Assembly (NCBI GenBank): GCA_964016885.1
Contig: OZ024746.1
Location: 9,238,001-9,302,000, forward strand
From: Eledone cirrhosa
Lineage: Eukaryota
DNA length: 64,000 bases
Direction of reading: 5' to 3'
Made by a program: the position numbers and the translations under genes. This document shows, piece by piece, positions 29,064 through 43,268 of this stretch. Numbering within the stretch: the stretch's first letter is position 1; every line of letters starts with the position of its first letter. The notes below the pieces were generated by a model, which worked only from the letters and a program-made list of their open reading frames with translations, searched no databases and had not been told where the DNA came from.

Positions 29064-29417
29064 TATAAGATCAAAAGATGGTTAAAGGAGTTCCATGTAT
29101 TTTATCATGCGCATTTCAAAAACAAATATCATCATGGGATGATATTTGCGTTCTCATCAGATAAAATAGGGGGACATGATATGAAGCTTAAAAACACTTT
29201 CGAGCAGTGAAGTATTAAATCAACATATTTTATCTGATGAGAACGCAAATATCAACCCATGATGATATTTGTTTTTGAAGTGCGCATAATAAAATACATG
29301 GAACTCTTTTAACCATCTTTTGATCTTATATTATTTATACTCCAGTCCTACAAACTGTTGAGTGCTACTTATCCGATATTTGCATTGCTTTATTGTGCTA
29401 CAATAAAACTCACCTCC

Positions 29418-29420
<3 letters not shown>
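29064..29420 (+). mobile_element. Penelope-like mini-element: inverted duplication (29064-29168 / 29226-29330) of a hammerhead, plus 3' tail; TA on both sides
   Basis: tattttat-CTGATGA-gaacgcaaatatc...gatatttgttttt-GAA(A/G)-tgcgca-T(G/A)-ataaaata in both arms; bulged hairpin at 29339-29365. Confidence 0.85.
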
Positions 29421-29448
<28 letters not shown>

Positions 29449-29680
29449 CAACATAACAGATTACAGTTTAAGCAAAAAATCGCTGCTTTCACCTTTAACG
29501 GGATCTTCTGAAACTGAACAAACAATCTGTGCACGCAGAAGTAAATATTTCGAAAAACGTTGCAACCGAAGGAAAACAGGAAGACGATACTTTGGTTCGT
29601 GAAGACCTGCTCTAGGGTTCTTATATATTTGATATATATTTAAATCATTTATCCTTATCACATTTATTATTATTACTATA
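29449..29680. mobile_element. Mini-element family B copy, 5' part inverted relative to the 3' tail; hammerhead-like variant at 29464-29516 (-)
   Basis: Homologous to 45441-45650 and 58902-59140. Minus strand cagttt-CAGAAGA-tcccgttaaaggt-GAAA-gca...tgc-TT-aaactg. Confidence 0.75.
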
Positions 29681-29835
29681 TATGTATATATATACTCGTA
29701 TATATATATGCGTGTGTGTATGTTTACGCAGACAAATATGCGTATCTGCATATGCACACATGTAATGTCAATGAAACTTATAATTGTGAACGCACAAATA
29801 GACGCCTTCCTTAAAAGGAGGACGAGTGTGGCACA

Positions 29836-30578
29836 TGCATTAAAGACGTCCATTAAAGACGTGCATTAAAGACGTGCATTAAAGACGTGCATTAAAGACT
29901 TGCATTAAAGACGTGCATTAAAGACTTGCATTAAAGACGTGCATTAAAGACTTGCATTAAAGACGTGCATTAAAGACGTGCATTAAAGACGTGCATTAAA
30001 GACGTGCATTAAAGACGTGCATTAAAGACTTGCATTAAAGACGTGCATTAAAGACGTGCATTAAAGACGTGCATTGAAGACGTGCATTAAAGACGTGCAT
30101 TAAAGACATGCATTAAAGACGTGCATTAAAGACGTGCATTAAAGACGTGCATTAAAGACGTGCATTAAAGACGTGCATTAAAGACGTGCATTAAAGACGT
30201 GCATTAAAGACATGCATTAAAGACGTGCATTGAAGACGTGCATTAAAGACATGCATTAAAGACGTGCATTAAAGACGTGCATTGAAGACGTGCATTAAAG
30301 ACATGCATTAAAGACGTGCATTAAAGACGTGCATTAAAGACTTGCATTAAAGACGTGCATTAAAGACATGCATTAAAAACTTGCATTAAAGACGTGCATT
30401 GAAGACGTGCATTAAAGACATGCATTAAAGACGTGCATTAAAGACGTGCATTGAAGACGTGCATTAAAGACATGCATTAAAGACATGCATTAAAGACTTG
30501 CATTAAAGACGTGCATTAAAGACGTGCATTAAAGACATGCATTAAAGACGTGCATTAAAGACATGCATTAAAGACGTG
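29836..30578. repeat. 13-bp minisatellite (gcattaaagacgt), ~57 copies
   Basis: Direct sequence. Confidence 0.98.
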
Positions 30579-30579
30579 G

Positions 30580-33210
30580 GTGTATGTATATGTATGTGTG
30601 TTTATGTGTGTTTATGTGTGTTTATGTTTGTTTGTGTCCGCGTGTGTATGTTTGCGTGTCAGTATGTGTGTGTATGTTTGTGTGAGATTGTGTGTATGTA
30701 TGTGAGATTGTGTGTATGTGTGTGAGATTGTGTGTATGTATATGAAACTGTGTGTATGTGTGTGAGATTGTGTGTATGTATATGAAACTGTGTGTATGTG
30801 CGTATGCTTGAGTGAGATTGTGTGTATGTATATGAGATTGTGTGTATGTATGTGAAATTGTGTGTATGTGTGTGAGATTGTGTGTATGTATGTGAGATTG
30901 TGTGTATGTGTGTATGTATGTGTGTGAGATTGTGTGTATGTGTGTGAGATTGTGTGTATGTATGTGAGACTGTGTGTATGTATGTGAGATTGTGTGCGTG
31001 TATGTGTGTGAGATTGTGTGTATGTGTGTATGTGTGTGAGACTGTGTGTATGTATGTGTGTGAGATTGTGTGTGTGTGTATGTGTGTGAGATTGTGTGTA
31101 TGTGTGTATGTGTGTGAGACTGTGTGTATGTATGTGTGTGAGATTGTGTGTGTGTATGTGTGTGAGATTGTGTGTATGTATGTGAGACTGTGTGTATGTG
31201 TGTGAGATTGTGTGTATGTATGTGAGATTGTGTGTATGTGTGTATGTATGTGAGACTGTATGTATGTGTGTGAGGTTGTGTGTATGTGTGTGAGATTGTG
31301 TGTATGTATGTGAGACTGTGTGTATGTGTGTGCGATTGTGTGTGTGTGTATGTGTGTGCGATTGTGTGTGTGTGTATGTGTGTGAGATTGTGTGTATGTA
31401 TGTGAGACTGTGTGTATGTGTGTGAGAGTGTGTGCGTGTGTATGTGTGTGAGATTGTGTGTATGTGTGTATATTTGTGTGAGATTGTGTTATGTGTGAAT
31501 GTATGTGAGACTGTGTATGTGTGTATGTGAGACTGTGTATGTGTGTAAGACTGTATGTGTGTATGTATGTGAGACTGTGTATGTGTGTATGTGTGAATGT
31601 ATGTGAGACTGTGTATGTGTGTATGTGAGACTGTGTATGTGTGTATGTGAGACTGTGTATGTGTGTATGTGAGACTGTGTATGTGTGTATGTATGTGAGA
31701 CTGTGTATGTGTGTATGTGAGACTGTGTATGTGTGTATGTGAGACTGTGTATGTGTGTAAGACTGTATGTGTGAATGTATGTGAGACTGTGTATGTGTGT
31801 ATGTGTCAATGTATGTGAGACTGTGTATGTGTGTATGTGAGACTGTGTATGTGTGTATGTGTGACTGTGTATGTATGTATGTGAGACTGTGTATGTGTGT
31901 AAGACTGTATGTGTAAATGTATGTGAGACTGTGTATGTGTGTATGTGAGACTGTGTATGTGTGTATGTGAGACTGTGTATGTGTGTATGTGAGACTGTGT
32001 ATGTGTGTATGTGAGACTGTGTATGTGTGTATGTGAGACTGTGTATGTGTGTATGTGAGACTGTGTATGTGTGTATGTGAGACTGTGTATGTGTGTATGT
32101 GAGACTGTGTATGTGTGTATGTGAGACTGTGTATGTGTGTATGTGAGACTGTGTATGTGTGTATGTGAGACTGTGTATGTGTGTATGTGAGACTGTGTAT
32201 GTGTGTATGTGAGACTGTGTATGTGTGTATGTGTGACTGTGTATGTATGTATGTGAGACTGTGTATGTGTGTAAGACTGTATGTGTAAATGTATGTGAGA
32301 CTGTGTATGTGTGTATGTGAGACTGTGTATGTGTGTATGTGAGACTGTGTATGTGTGTATGTGAGACTGTGTATGTGTGTATGTGAGACTGTGTATGTGT
32401 GTATGTGAGACTGTGTATGTGTGTATGTGTGACTGTGTATGTATGTATGTGAGACTGTGTATGTGTGTAAGACTGTATGTGTAAATGTATGTGAGACTGT
32501 GTATGTGTGTATGTGAGACTGTGTATGTGTGTATGTGAGACTGTGTATGTGTGTATGTGAGACTGTGTATGTGTGTATGTGAGACTGTGTATGTGTGTAT
32601 GTGAGACTGTGTATGTGTGTATGTGAGACTGTGTATGTGTGTATGTGAGACTGTGTATGTGTGTATGTGAGACTGTGTATGTGTGTATGTGAGACTGTGT
32701 ATGTGTGTATGTGAGACTGTGTATGTGTGTATGTGAGACTGTGTATGTGTGTATGTGAGACTGTGTATGTGTGTATGTGAGACTGTGTATGTGTGTATGT
32801 GTGACTGTGTATGTATGTATGTGAGACTGTGTATGTGTGTAAGACTGTATGTGTAAATGTATGTGAGACTGTGTATGTGTGTATGTGAGACTGTGTATGT
32901 GTGTATGTGAGACTGTGTATGTGTGTATGTGAGACTGTGTATGTGTGTATGTGAGACTGTGTATGTGTGTATGTGAGACTGTGTATGTGTGTATGTGTGA
33001 CTGTGTATGTATGTATGTGAGACTGTGTATGTGTGTAAGACTGTATGTGTAAATGTATGTGAGACTGTGTATGTGTGTATGTGAGACTGTGTATGTGTGT
33101 ATGTGAGACTGTGTATGTGTGTATGTGAGACTGTGTATGTGTGTATGTGAGACTGTGTATGTGTGTATGTGAGACTGTGTATGTGTGTATGTGAGACTGT
33201 GTATGTGTAA
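30580..33210. repeat. TG/TATG-derived minisatellite; ~20-bp units (gagattgtgtgtatgtgtgt) changing to 22-bp units (gagactgtgtatgtgtgtatgt)
   Basis: Direct sequence; explains the 853-aa His/Thr ORF. Confidence 0.95.
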
Positions 33211-33321
33211 GTTGGATCACACGATATTACCTTTGATCACACCGACAGTTTCTTTGATCATCCTTTTTGTGGTATTCATGCTCTTACCTGTACCTTTTGA
33301 TCTCACTCTATATTTCGTATT

Positions 33322-33324
33322 TCA

Positions 33325-33359
<35 letters not shown>

Positions 33360-34270
33360 ATCATCATCATCGTCATCATCATCATCATCGTCATCATCGT
33401 CATCGTCATCATCATCATCATCGTCATCATCATCGTCATCATCATCATCGTCATCATCATCGTCATCATCATCATCGTCTTCACTATCATGATCACCGTC
33501 ATCGACATCACTGTCATTGGCAACCTGATCATCATCACCATCATCATCATCAACATTGACATCATCATTATCATCATTTTGGCAGTATCGGTAGAGAGTC
33601 GGACGCCATACTTTGACGCATAGAGTTACGTCCCTTTACGATCTGAGTTCAAATCGTGCCGAGGTTAACTTTGCCTTTCATCCTTACGGGGTCGATAAAA
33701 TAAAGTACCAGTAATACACTGGGTAATTGCTGGCCTTGCGCCAAATGTAGAAACAATTATCATCATAATCGTCATCATCATCTTCAAAATCATTATCTTC
33801 CTAATTATTGTCATCATAACCATCCTCATTGACATCCTCCTCCTCATCACCATCATCACCATCATTATCGTGGTCATCATCTGCAAAATCATTATCTTCC
33901 TCATTATTATCATCATAACCATCCTCATCATCATCATCATCACCATCACCACCATCACCATCATTATCATCACCATCACCATCATCACCATCATCATCAC
34001 CACATCACCATCACCATCACCATCATCATCATCATCCTCATCACCACCATCACCATCACCATCACCATCACCATCACCATCATCAGCATCATCATCACCA
34101 TCATCATCAACATCGGTGACATCACCATCATCATCACCATCATCATCAACATCAGTGACATCACCATCATCACCACCATCATCACCACCATCATCACCAT
34201 CATCACCACCATCATCACCACCACCATCACCATCATCACCACCATCATCAACATCAGTGACATCACCATG
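33322..34270. repeat. (CAT/CGT/CAC)n trinucleotide field interrupted by a SINE
   Basis: Direct sequence. Confidence 0.95.
33579..33760 (+). mobile_element. tRNA-derived SINE, near full length
   Basis: Box A-like tggcagtatcggtaga, box B-like gagttcaaatc, core gcctttcatccttacggggtcgataaa. The core resembles the Meta/MESC-type SINE domain from memory; not verified. Confidence 0.85.
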
Positions 34271-34548
34271 TAATGTTCTTTCATATAAACGAGAAGTTTT
34301 ACTAATGCAAACGATTTTCTTTTTATTTGAATCCTCGGGAGTCCTTTTAAGTGTGTTGGATCAATCACTGCAGCATTGTATAAAACGATCTTACTTTGTA
34401 GATATTCCCTCTTTAGTAGTCATAAAATAAGAAAATACGAATGAGTAAACTTCATTCATATTTGTTCATGATAGACTTCGAAAGTTACATGTAGCTTTTG
34501 ACGACACAATATTTCAGCAACAATTGTTAATGAACTTATATTTACAAT

Positions 34549-35013
34549 TGTATAAATAACATTACAAATGGGGAAGGGGTAAAGAAGGGCAGGTCTGGTT
34601 GTGTGGGAAAGTAGAGGAAAGGACTATAAATAAGCCATAAATGAGAGGAAAAGAAGGGGAAAAGCAAGGACTCCAGGGCGACTGAAAAAAAAAGGAGGGA
34701 GAAGCGGAGAGGGTGATGGGCTCTGATCGTAGGGCTTGGTGGTGTTGGAGCTGCGCCCCACGGACAAAGTTTAAAAAGCATTTCAGCGGACAGCGACATC
34801 CACAGCAACAGCCACACCACCTGGCGAGGCTTCTTCTCAGACGAGCTGCTGAAGTTCCGATCTTTCAGAGGAGCTCGTCAGTACGGGCTACGAAGACCCC
34901 TGAGGTCTCACAGCGAAAGATGTGAAGAGGAAGCGATAATCCCCGGTATTGTTGATGTAACCTAAGAAATGTTTAATTTCAATTCAATTGACAATAAACC
35001 AACATCATTCACA
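34549..35013 (+). mobile_element. Possible solo LTR
   Basis: TG start, tataaata at ~34625, GC-richer body, aataaa at ~34993, CA end. No TSD found. Confidence 0.3.
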
Positions 35014-35225
35014 TTTATATCATATCATATATGTTATTTAATTATTATAATTAGTTAGGAGGCTAAACGTTTTTTTATGACGTACGATACCTAATGTTAT
35101 TCATGAGTTTCTTTAGTGTAATGAAATATCTCAACTTAAATGGATTCAGTTGGACATTGTTTCTAATACACTGTACGTATTATGGACAAATGGTTAACAT
35201 GTTCGCTTTGAAAACATTACATCCT

Positions 35226-35721
35226 GGGTCAATCTCGTCCTCATAATTCCGTGTACCCAGTGCCATGACATCAGCAGACAGCTTCTAGGGTCAATCTCGT
35301 CCTCAAGAATCTGTATACCCAGTGCCATGACATCATCAGACAGCTTCTAGGGTCAATCTGGTCCTCATGATTCTGTATACCCAGTGCCATGACATCATCA
35401 GACAGCTTCTAGGGTCAATCTGGTCCTCATGATTCTGTATACCCAGTGCCATGACATCATCAGACAGCTTCTAGGGTCAATCTCGTCCTCAAGATTCTGT
35501 ATACCCAGTGCCATGACATCATCAGACAGCTTCTAGGGTCAATTTGGTCCTCATGATTCCGTGTACCCAGTGCCATGACATCATCAGACAGCTTCTAGGG
35601 TCAATCTGGTCCTCATGATTCCGTGTACCCAGTGCCACGACATCATCAAACAGCTTCTAGGGTCAATCTGGTCCTCATGATTCCGTGTACCCAGTGCCAT
35701 GACATCATCAGACAGCTTCTA
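35226..35721. repeat. 62-bp tandem repeat, 8 copies
   Basis: gggtcaat starts at 35226, 35288, 35350, 35412, 35474, 35536, 35598 and 35660. Confidence 0.97.
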
Positions 35722-36254
35722 TCTACCTAAAGAAAAGCATGGATCATCTTACTGATAAAATGCCAGTAAGTCAGTCAATCATATTGGTGGCCTCCCTCAC
35801 AGTTCTGGCGGACAGAATTAGTGAGAATAAGACGAGAATAAAACGTAAATTGGATTTCCATTAATTATAGATATGTGGAAATATTGAAATATTATTTCAC
35901 GTGTTCTTCGTCACGTTACCTGCTGTCAGAAACAACCAGAGTGGGCGACATTTCAAACATTTTACTAAACAAAAAAAAACATTATAAATTTTTAAAAAAA
36001 TCGAATAGAACAAGAAAACAATTGATGTGAACATCCTCTTCATCATTTGCAGAATATTCAATGTCATTTTCACCAGAATCCCCATCAGTTATCAGCGTCA
36101 TCGTCACCACTATCATTGTCATCGTCCATATCATCATCACAACCAGCACCATCATCATCTTCATTATCATAATCATCATTATTATCAACCTCCTCAACCC
36201 CGCCACTATCACCAGCAACAGCAGCAGCACTGCCACTAGCACTACCCGCATACC

Positions 36255-39200
36255 ACCACTGTACCACTCCCACCACTGCCACCAATTCCACCACTGCCAC
36301 CACTGCCACCACTCCCACCACTTCCACCACTTCCACCACTGCCACCACTGCCACCACTCCCACCACTTCCACCACTGCCACCACTGCCACCACTGCCACC
36401 ACTGACACCACTTCCACCACTACCACCACTTCCACCACTCACACCACTGCCACCACTTCCACCACTACCACCACTTCCACCACTGCCACCACTGCCATCA
36501 CTGCCACCACTTCCACCACTTCCACCACTGCCACCACTGCCACCACTGCCACCACTGCGACCACTTCCACCACTTCCACTACTGCCACCACTGCGACCAC
36601 TTCCACCACTTCCACCACTGCCACCACTCCCACCACTACCACCACTTCCACCACTGCCACCACTGCCACCACTCCCACCACTTCCACAACTTCCACCACT
36701 GCCACCCCTGCCACCCCTGCCAACACTTCCACCACTTCCACCACTGCCACCACTGCCACCACTGCCACCACTGCTACCACTTCCACCACTACCACCACTT
36801 CCACCACTCACACCACTGCCACCACTTCCACCACTACCACCACTTCCACCACTGCCAAAACTGCCACCACTCCCACCACTTCCACAACTTCCACCACTGC
36901 CACCACTGCCACCACTGCCACCACTGCCACCACTGCCACCACTTCCACCACTTCCACCACTGCCACCACTACCACCACTTCCACCACTGCCACCACTTCC
37001 ACCACTACCACCACTTCCACCACTGCCACCACTTCCACCACTTCCACCACTGCCACCACTGCCACCCCTGCCACCACTGCCACCCCTGCCACCACTGCCA
37101 CCACTGCCACCACTGCCACCACTGCCACCACTTCCACCACTTCCACCACTGCCACCACTGCCACCCCTGCCACCACTGCCACCCCTGCCACCACTGCCAC
37201 CACTGCCACCACTACCACCACTTCACCACTGCCACCACTTCCACCACTTCCACCACTGCCACCACTGCCACCCCTGCCACCACTGCCACCCCTGCCACCA
37301 CTGCCACCACTGCCACCACTGCCACCACTGCCACCACTTCCACCACTTCCACCACTGCCACCACTGCCACCCCTGCCACCACTGCCACCAATGCCACCAC
37401 TTCCACCACTGCCACCACTGCCACCAATGCCATCACTGCCACCACTGCCACCACTGCCACCACTGCCACCACTGCCACCACTGCCACCACTGCCACCACT
37501 GCCACCACTCCCACCACTTCCACCACTGCCACCAATGCCATCACTGCCACCACTGCCACCACTGCCACCACTGCCACCACTGCCACCACTGCCACCACTT
37601 CCACCACTTCCACCACTGCCACCACTGCCACCCCTGCCACCACTGCCACCCCTGCCACCACTTCCACCACTGCCACCACTGCCACCAATGCCATCACTGC
37701 CACCACTGCCACCACTGCCACCACTGCCACCACTGCCACCACTGCCACCACTGCCACCACTCCCACCACTTCCACCACTGCCACCAATGCCATCACTGCC
37801 ACCACTGCCACCACTGCCACCACTGCCACCACTGCCACCACTCACGCCACTCCCACCACTGCCACCACTGCCACCCCTGCCACCACTGCCACCACTGCCA
37901 CCACTGCCACCCCTGCCACCACTGCCAACACTGCCACCACTGCAACCACTCCCACCATTTCCACCACTGCCACCACTGCCACCACTCCCGCCACTCCCAC
38001 CACTCCCACCACTTCCACCACTGCCACCACTGCCACCACTCCCACCACTCCTACCACTCCCACCACTCCCACCAATTCCACCACTTCCACCACTGCCACC
38101 ACTCCCACCACTACCACCACTTCCACCACTTCCACCACTGCCACCACTGCCACCACTTCCACCACTGCCACCACTTCCACCACTTCCACCACTGCCACCA
38201 GTGCCACCCCTGCCACCACTGCCACCACTGCCACCACTGCCACCACTGCCACCACTCCCACCACTTCCACCACTGCCACCAATGCCATCACTGCCACCAC
38301 TGCCACCACTGCCACCACTGCCACCACTGCCACACTCCCGCCACTCCCACCACTGCCACCACTGCCACCCCTGCCACCACTGCCACCACTGCCACTACTG
38401 CCAACACTGCCACCACTGCCTCCACTTTCACCACTCCCACCACTTCCACCACTGCCACCACTGCCACCACTTCCACCACTGCCACCAATGCCACCACTCC
38501 CACCACTCCTACCACTCCCACCACTCCCACCACTCCCACCACTTCCACCACTGCCACCACTGCCACCACTCCCACCACTTCCACAACTGCCACCACTCCC
38601 ACCACTGCCACCACTGCCACCAATGCCACCACTTCCACCACTGCCACCACTGCCACCACTGCCACCACTGCCACCACTTCCACCACTGCCACCACTGCCA
38701 CCACTTGCACCACTGCCATCACTACCACCACTGCCACCACTTCCACCACTGCCACCACTGCCACCACTCCCACCACTTCCACAACTGCCACCACTCCCAC
38801 CACTGCCACCACTGCCACCAATGCCACCACTGCCACCACTGCCACCACTGCCACCACTGCCACCACTCCCGCCACTCCCACCACTCCCACCACTTCCACC
38901 ACTGCCACCACTGCCACCACTCCCACCACTCCTACCACTCCCACCACTCCCACCAATTCCACCACTTCAACCACTGCCACCACTCCCACCACTACCACCA
39001 CTTCCACCCCTGCCACCACTGCCACCACTGCCACCACTGCCACCACTCCCACCACTTCCACCACTGCCACCAATGCCATCACTGCCACCACTGCCACCAC
39101 TGCCACACTCCCGCCACTCCCACCACTGCCACCACTGCCACCCCTGCCACCACTGCCACCACTGCCACTACTGCCAACACTGCCACCACTGCCACCACTT

Positions 39201-41320
39201 TCACCACTCCCACCACTTCCACCACTGCCACCACTCCCACCACTTCCAACACTGCCACCACTGCCACCGATGCCATCACTGCCACCACTGCCACCACTGC
39301 CACCACTGCCACCACTCCCGCCACTTCCACCACTCCCACCACTTCCACCACTGCCACCAATGCCACCACTCCCACCACTCCTACCACTCCCACCACTCCC
39401 ACCACTCCCACCACTTCCATCACTGCCACCACTCCCACCACTCCCACCACTTCCACAACTGCCACCACTCCCACCACTGCCACCACTGCCACCAATGCCA
39501 CCACTTCCACCACTGCCACCACTGCCACCACTGCCACCACTGCCACCACTTGCACCACTGCCATCACTACCACCACTGCCACCACTTCCACCACTGCCAC
39601 CACTGCCACCACTCCCACCACTTCCACAACTGCCACCACTCCCACCACTGCCACCACTGCCACCAATGCCACCACTGCCACCACTGCCACCACTGCCACC
39701 ACTGCCACCACTCCCACCACTCCCACCACTGCCACCACTGCCACCACTGCCACCACTGCCACCACTGCCACCACTCCCACCACTTCCACCACTGCCACCA
39801 CTTCCACCACTGCCACCACTTCCACCACTGCCACCACTCCCACCACTTCCACCACTCCCACCACTGCCACCACTACCACCACTGCCACCACTTCCACCAC
39901 TCCCACGACTTCCACCACTGCCACCACTGCCACCACTGCCACCACTTCCACCACTCCCACCACTACCACCACTGCCACCACTGCCACCACTGCCACCACT
40001 GCCACCACTGCCACCACTCCCACCACTTCCACCACTCCCACCACTGCCACCACTACCACCACTGCCACACCTGCCACCACTCCCACCACTTCCACCACTG
40101 CCACCACTTCCACCACTGCCACCACTTCCACCACTGCCACCACTGCCACCACTTCCACCACTCCCACCACTGCCACCACTACCACCACTGCCACCACTTC
40201 CACCACTGCCACCACTGCCACCACTGCCACCACTGCCACCACTGCCACCACTGCCACCACTGCCACTACTGCCACCACTACCACCACTGCCACCACTTCC
40301 ACCACTGCCACCACTCCCACCAATGCCACCACTACCACCACTGCCACCACTGCCACCACTGCCACCACTTCCGCCACTGCCACCACTTCCACCACTCCCA
40401 CCACTGCCACCACTGCCACCAATGCCACCACTGCCACCACTGCCACCACTGCCACCACTGCCACCACTGCCACCACTTCCACCACTGCCACCACTGCCAC
40501 CACTGCCACCACTTCCACCACTGCCACCACTGCCACCACTGCCACCACTCCCACCACTTCCACCACTGCCACCACTACCACCACTTCCACCACTGCTACC
40601 ACTGCCACCACTTCCACCACTGCCACCACTTCCACCACTCCCACCACTTCCACCACTGCCACCACTGCCACCACTGCCACCACTGCCACCACTGCCACCA
40701 CTGCCACCACTGCCACCACTCCCACCACTTCCACCACTCCCACCACTTCCACCACTGCCACCACTTCCACCACTCCCACCACTTCCACCACTGCCACCAC
40801 TGCCACCACTGCCACCACTGCCACCACTGCCACCACTGCCACCACTCCCACCACTTCCACCACTGCCACCACTACCACCACTTCCACCACTGCCACCACT
40901 GCCACCACTTCCACCACTGCCACCACTTCCACCACTCCCACCACTTCCACCACTGCCACCACTGCCACCACTCCCACCACTGCCACCACTCCCACCACTC
41001 CCACCACTTCCACCACTGCCACCACTGCCACCACTCCCACCACTCCCACCACTCCCACCACTTCCACCACTTCCACCACTGCCACCACTGCCACCACTGC
41101 CATTACTGTACCACTCTCACCACTCCCACCACTCCCACCACTTCCACCACTGCCACCACTGCCATCACTACCACCACTGCCACCACTCCCACCACTTCCA
41201 CAACTGCCACCACTGCCACCACTGCCACCACTTCCACCACTGCCACCACTGCCACCACTCCCACCACTTCCACCACTCCCACCACTGCCACCACTGCCAC
41301 CACTCCCACCACTCCTCCAC
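36255..41320. repeat. ~5-kb 9-bp-period array (ccaccactN)n
   Basis: Direct sequence; source of the PPL, TAT, HHC, GGS and VVA ORFs. Confidence 0.97.
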
Positions 41321-42345
41321 TTGCACCAGCAGCAACTGATGTAGTACCAAGAGCAGCAGCAGCATCAGCAACAACAACAACAGCACCAGCAACAACATCA
41401 GCATCAACACCGGCACTATTACCAGCACCAGCTGTAACAACAGCAGCAAAAGAACAAGCATCACCAGGAGCAGCAACAGCAGCATCAGAAGCAGCAGCAC
41501 CAGCATCCGCAGCAGCAGCGACAACAGTAGCATCACCAACAGCAACATCAGCAGCAGCAACAACATCACCTGCAACATCACCAGCAGCACCGTCACCAGC
41601 AGTACTAGCAACAGCATCACCCGCATCACCAGCAACACCAACTGCAGCACCAGCAGCAGCAGCACCAACAGCAGCCAGCACTAGCATCACCAGCACCAAC
41701 AGCAGCAGTAGCATCAGCATCACCAGCAGCACTAACAGCAGCAACAACAGCAGCAACACCAGCACCAGAAGCAGCGCAGCAGCACAGCAGCACAGCAGCA
41801 CCAGCAGAAGAGCAGCACCAAGAGCATCACAGCAGCACCAACACCAACATCACCACCACCAGCAATAGTAGTACTAGCAGCAGCACAGCAGCAGCAACAC
41901 CAACATCACCACCAACAGCACCAACATCACTACCAGCAGCACAGCAGCACCAACACCAACATCCCTACCAGCAGCACCAACATCACCACCAGCAGCACAG
42001 CAGCACCAACACCAACATCACCACCAGCAGCAACAGTAGTACTACCAGCAGAACAGCAGCAGCAACACCACCAGCAGCAGCGACAGTAGTACTAGCAGCA
42101 GAACAGCAGCAACACCAACAGCACAGCAGCAGCAACACCACCACCACCAGCAACAGTAGTACTAGCAGCAGCACAGCAGCAGCAACACCAACATCACCAC
42201 CAGCAGCACCACCAGCAGCACAGCAGCACCAACACCAACATCACCACCAGCAGCAACAGTAGTACTACCAGCAGCAGCAACAGTAGTACTACCAGCAGCA
42301 CAGCAGCAGCAACACCACCAGCAGCACCACCAGCAGCACTACCAG
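41321..42345. repeat. Degenerate (CAG/CAA/CAC)n low-complexity tract
   Basis: Direct sequence. Confidence 0.9.
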
Positions 42346-42438
42346 CTGTACGACATTACCATATTAGTAGTTTTCATAAACTGTCTTTCTGTCTTTGTTG
42401 TAGCAGTTTCTATGATATATCGCCATATTTGTCTTTGT

Positions 42439-43268
42439 CACATCACCATCACCATCATCACCATCACCATCTTCACCATCACCATCACCATCACCATCAC
42501 CATCACCATCACCACCATCACCATCATCACCATCATCACCATCATCACCATCATCACCATCACCATCATCACCATCATCATCACCATCACCATCATCATC
42601 ACCATCACCATCATCATCACCATCATCATCACCATCACCATCACCATCACCATCACCGTCACCATCATCACCATCACCATCACCATCATCATCACCATCA
42701 CCATCACCATCATCACCACCATCACCACCATCACCATCATCACCATCATCACCATCATCACCATCACCATCATCACCATCATCACCACCATCACCACCAT
42801 CACCATCATCACCATCATCACCATCATCACCATCACCATCATCACCATCATCATCACCATCACCATCATCATCACCATCACCATCATCATCACCATCATC
42901 ATCACCATCACCATCACCATCACCATCACCGTCACCATCATCACCATCACCATCACCATCATCATCACCATCACCATCACCACCATCACCATCTTCATCA
43001 TCACCATCACCATCACCATCACCATCACCATCATCACCATCACCATCACCATCACCATCATCACCATCACCATCACCATCACCATCATCACCATCACCAT
43101 CACCACCATCACCATCACCATCACCATCACCACCATCACCATCATCTTCATTATCACCATCACCATCACCATCACCATCACGATCATCACCACCACCATC
43201 ATCATCACCATCACCATCACCATCACCATCATCATCGTGGTCATCATCATCACTCTCATGATCATCAT
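42439..43268. repeat. (CATCAC)n-type array
   Basis: Direct sequence; source of the poly-His ORF. Confidence 0.97.

Noticed and set aside
30659-33220. 853-aa His/Thr ORF
   Set aside because: Stop-free reading of a TG-derived minisatellite.
35226-35721. 62-bp periodic array as CRISPR
   Set aside because: Whole units are near-identical; no spacers and no cas genes.
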